Below are positions 5,097 to 5,419 of a stretch of 5,419 nucleotides of DNA, piece after piece. The stretch lies in assembly GCA_028700905.1 (NCBI GenBank), contig JAQVRT010000046.1, positions 1-5,419 of the forward strand, given 5' to 3'. How positions within the stretch are numbered: position 1 is the first letter of the stretch; each line of letters starts with the position of its first letter. The stretch comes from Candidatus Iainarchaeum sp. GTDB taxonomy: Archaea > Iainarchaeota > Iainarchaeia > Iainarchaeales > CSSED10-239. The notes under the pieces are model-generated. The model was not told where the DNA came from. It made no database searches and saw only the letters and a list, made by a program, of their open reading frames with translations. Made by a program: the position numbers and the translations under genes.

Positions 5097-5419
5097 CTAT
5101 TTTTTAATTCCAGATATAAAAAATAAAGTTTTCTTTTCAAATATTTTAAATAACTCAAATCCCTTAAACTCAGGAGAATATTTAAAAAGAGAAATATTTC
5201 CTTCTAAAAACCATTTTTTAACTTCTTTTATAGTATGGTAAGACTCAAAAGGAACTAAATATCTATCATAAATAGAATTTTTAGGAGCATTTTTTAATGG
5301 TTTTAATAAAAAAGATTTTTTAAAATATTTTTCTAATTTTCTAGGATCTTTTGAAAAGAAAGTATGAAGTAACAATCTAATAAATCTATATCTTAATCTT
5401 GCATATTTATGATAAAGAG
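5097..5419 (-). CDS. Class I SAM-dependent methyltransferase-like protein, C-terminal part only; the gene continues beyond the right edge of the window
   Basis: The minus-strand frame stays open from the TTG at 5375-5373 to the window edge (...LYHKYARLRYRFIRLLLHTFF...), so the listed start is an artefact. The C-terminal pattern YDRYLVPFESYHTIKEVKKWFLEGNISLFKYSPE, followed by a short FFISGIKK end, resembles the D-x-F-x-H-P-x-E-x-HT-x-x-E-V-x-x-WF-x-x-x-G-(F) tail seen in many class I methyltransferases. The SAM-binding motifs would lie outside the window. Confidence 0.45.
   Translation of the reverse strand, partial: LYHKYARLRYRFIRLLLHTFFSKDPRKLEKYFKKSFLLKPLKNAPKNSIYDRYLVPFESYHTIKEVKKWFLEGNISLFKYSPEFKGFELFKIFEKKTLFFISGIKK

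Noticed and set aside
4987-5241. An 84-aa ORF on the + strand spanning the start of the membrane protein gene and the end of the methyltransferase-like gene
   Set aside because: It overlaps two better-supported minus-strand ORFs and the spacer between them. It has low-complexity Ile/Asn/Lys composition and no recognisable motif or RBS. It is most likely spurious.
5373-5375. The TTG listed as the start of the 92-aa minus-strand ORF
   Set aside because: The frame remains open upstream to the window edge (5419). The visible sequence looks like the C-terminal tail of a larger methyltransferase-type protein. The TTG is most likely an internal Leu codon, so the CDS is annotated as partial instead.
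1-5419. A scan for tRNA/rRNA-like G+C-rich islands, CRISPR-like regularly spaced repeats, and long tandem repeats
   Set aside because: No G+C-rich structured segment of tRNA size is visible and no periodic repeat-spacer organisation is present. Apart from the 1282-1339 motif cluster, the only repeats seen are short A/T-rich strings consistent with base composition.

Overview
This is a very AT-rich, gene-dense window. Hand counts on sampled 60-nt lines give about 20% G+C in the housekeeping-like genes and about 32-38% in the transposase gene. I read it as a small-genome archaeon, possibly DPANN-like. That is inference, resting on a FlaI/ArlI-like ATPase and on TATA-like boxes about 26 nt upstream of start codons that lack Shine-Dalgarno motifs. 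Contents in order: (1) An IS4/IS5-type DDE transposase on the + strand, with an N-terminal SWIM zinc finger and an intact D-D-E/YREK signature. (2) A convergent minus-strand FlaI/PilB/VirB11-superfamily secretion ATPase with an unusual N-terminal polyferredoxin-like Cys-rich module. Its reading frame stops inside the His-box region, exactly where it runs into a 12-bp motif repeated three times at the transposase 3' end, so it looks truncated by the IS. (3) A divergently transcribed ribose-phosphate pyrophosphokinase (Prs) homologue in which most canonical catalytic and substrate-binding signatures are replaced. (4) A PPC/DUF296-like small protein. (5) A convergent bitopic membrane or surface protein with no family I can recognise. 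(6) The 3' part of a class I SAM-methyltransferase-like gene that runs off the right edge. I saw no tRNA, rRNA or CRISPR array. All family calls come from motif recognition by eye; no database search was possible.
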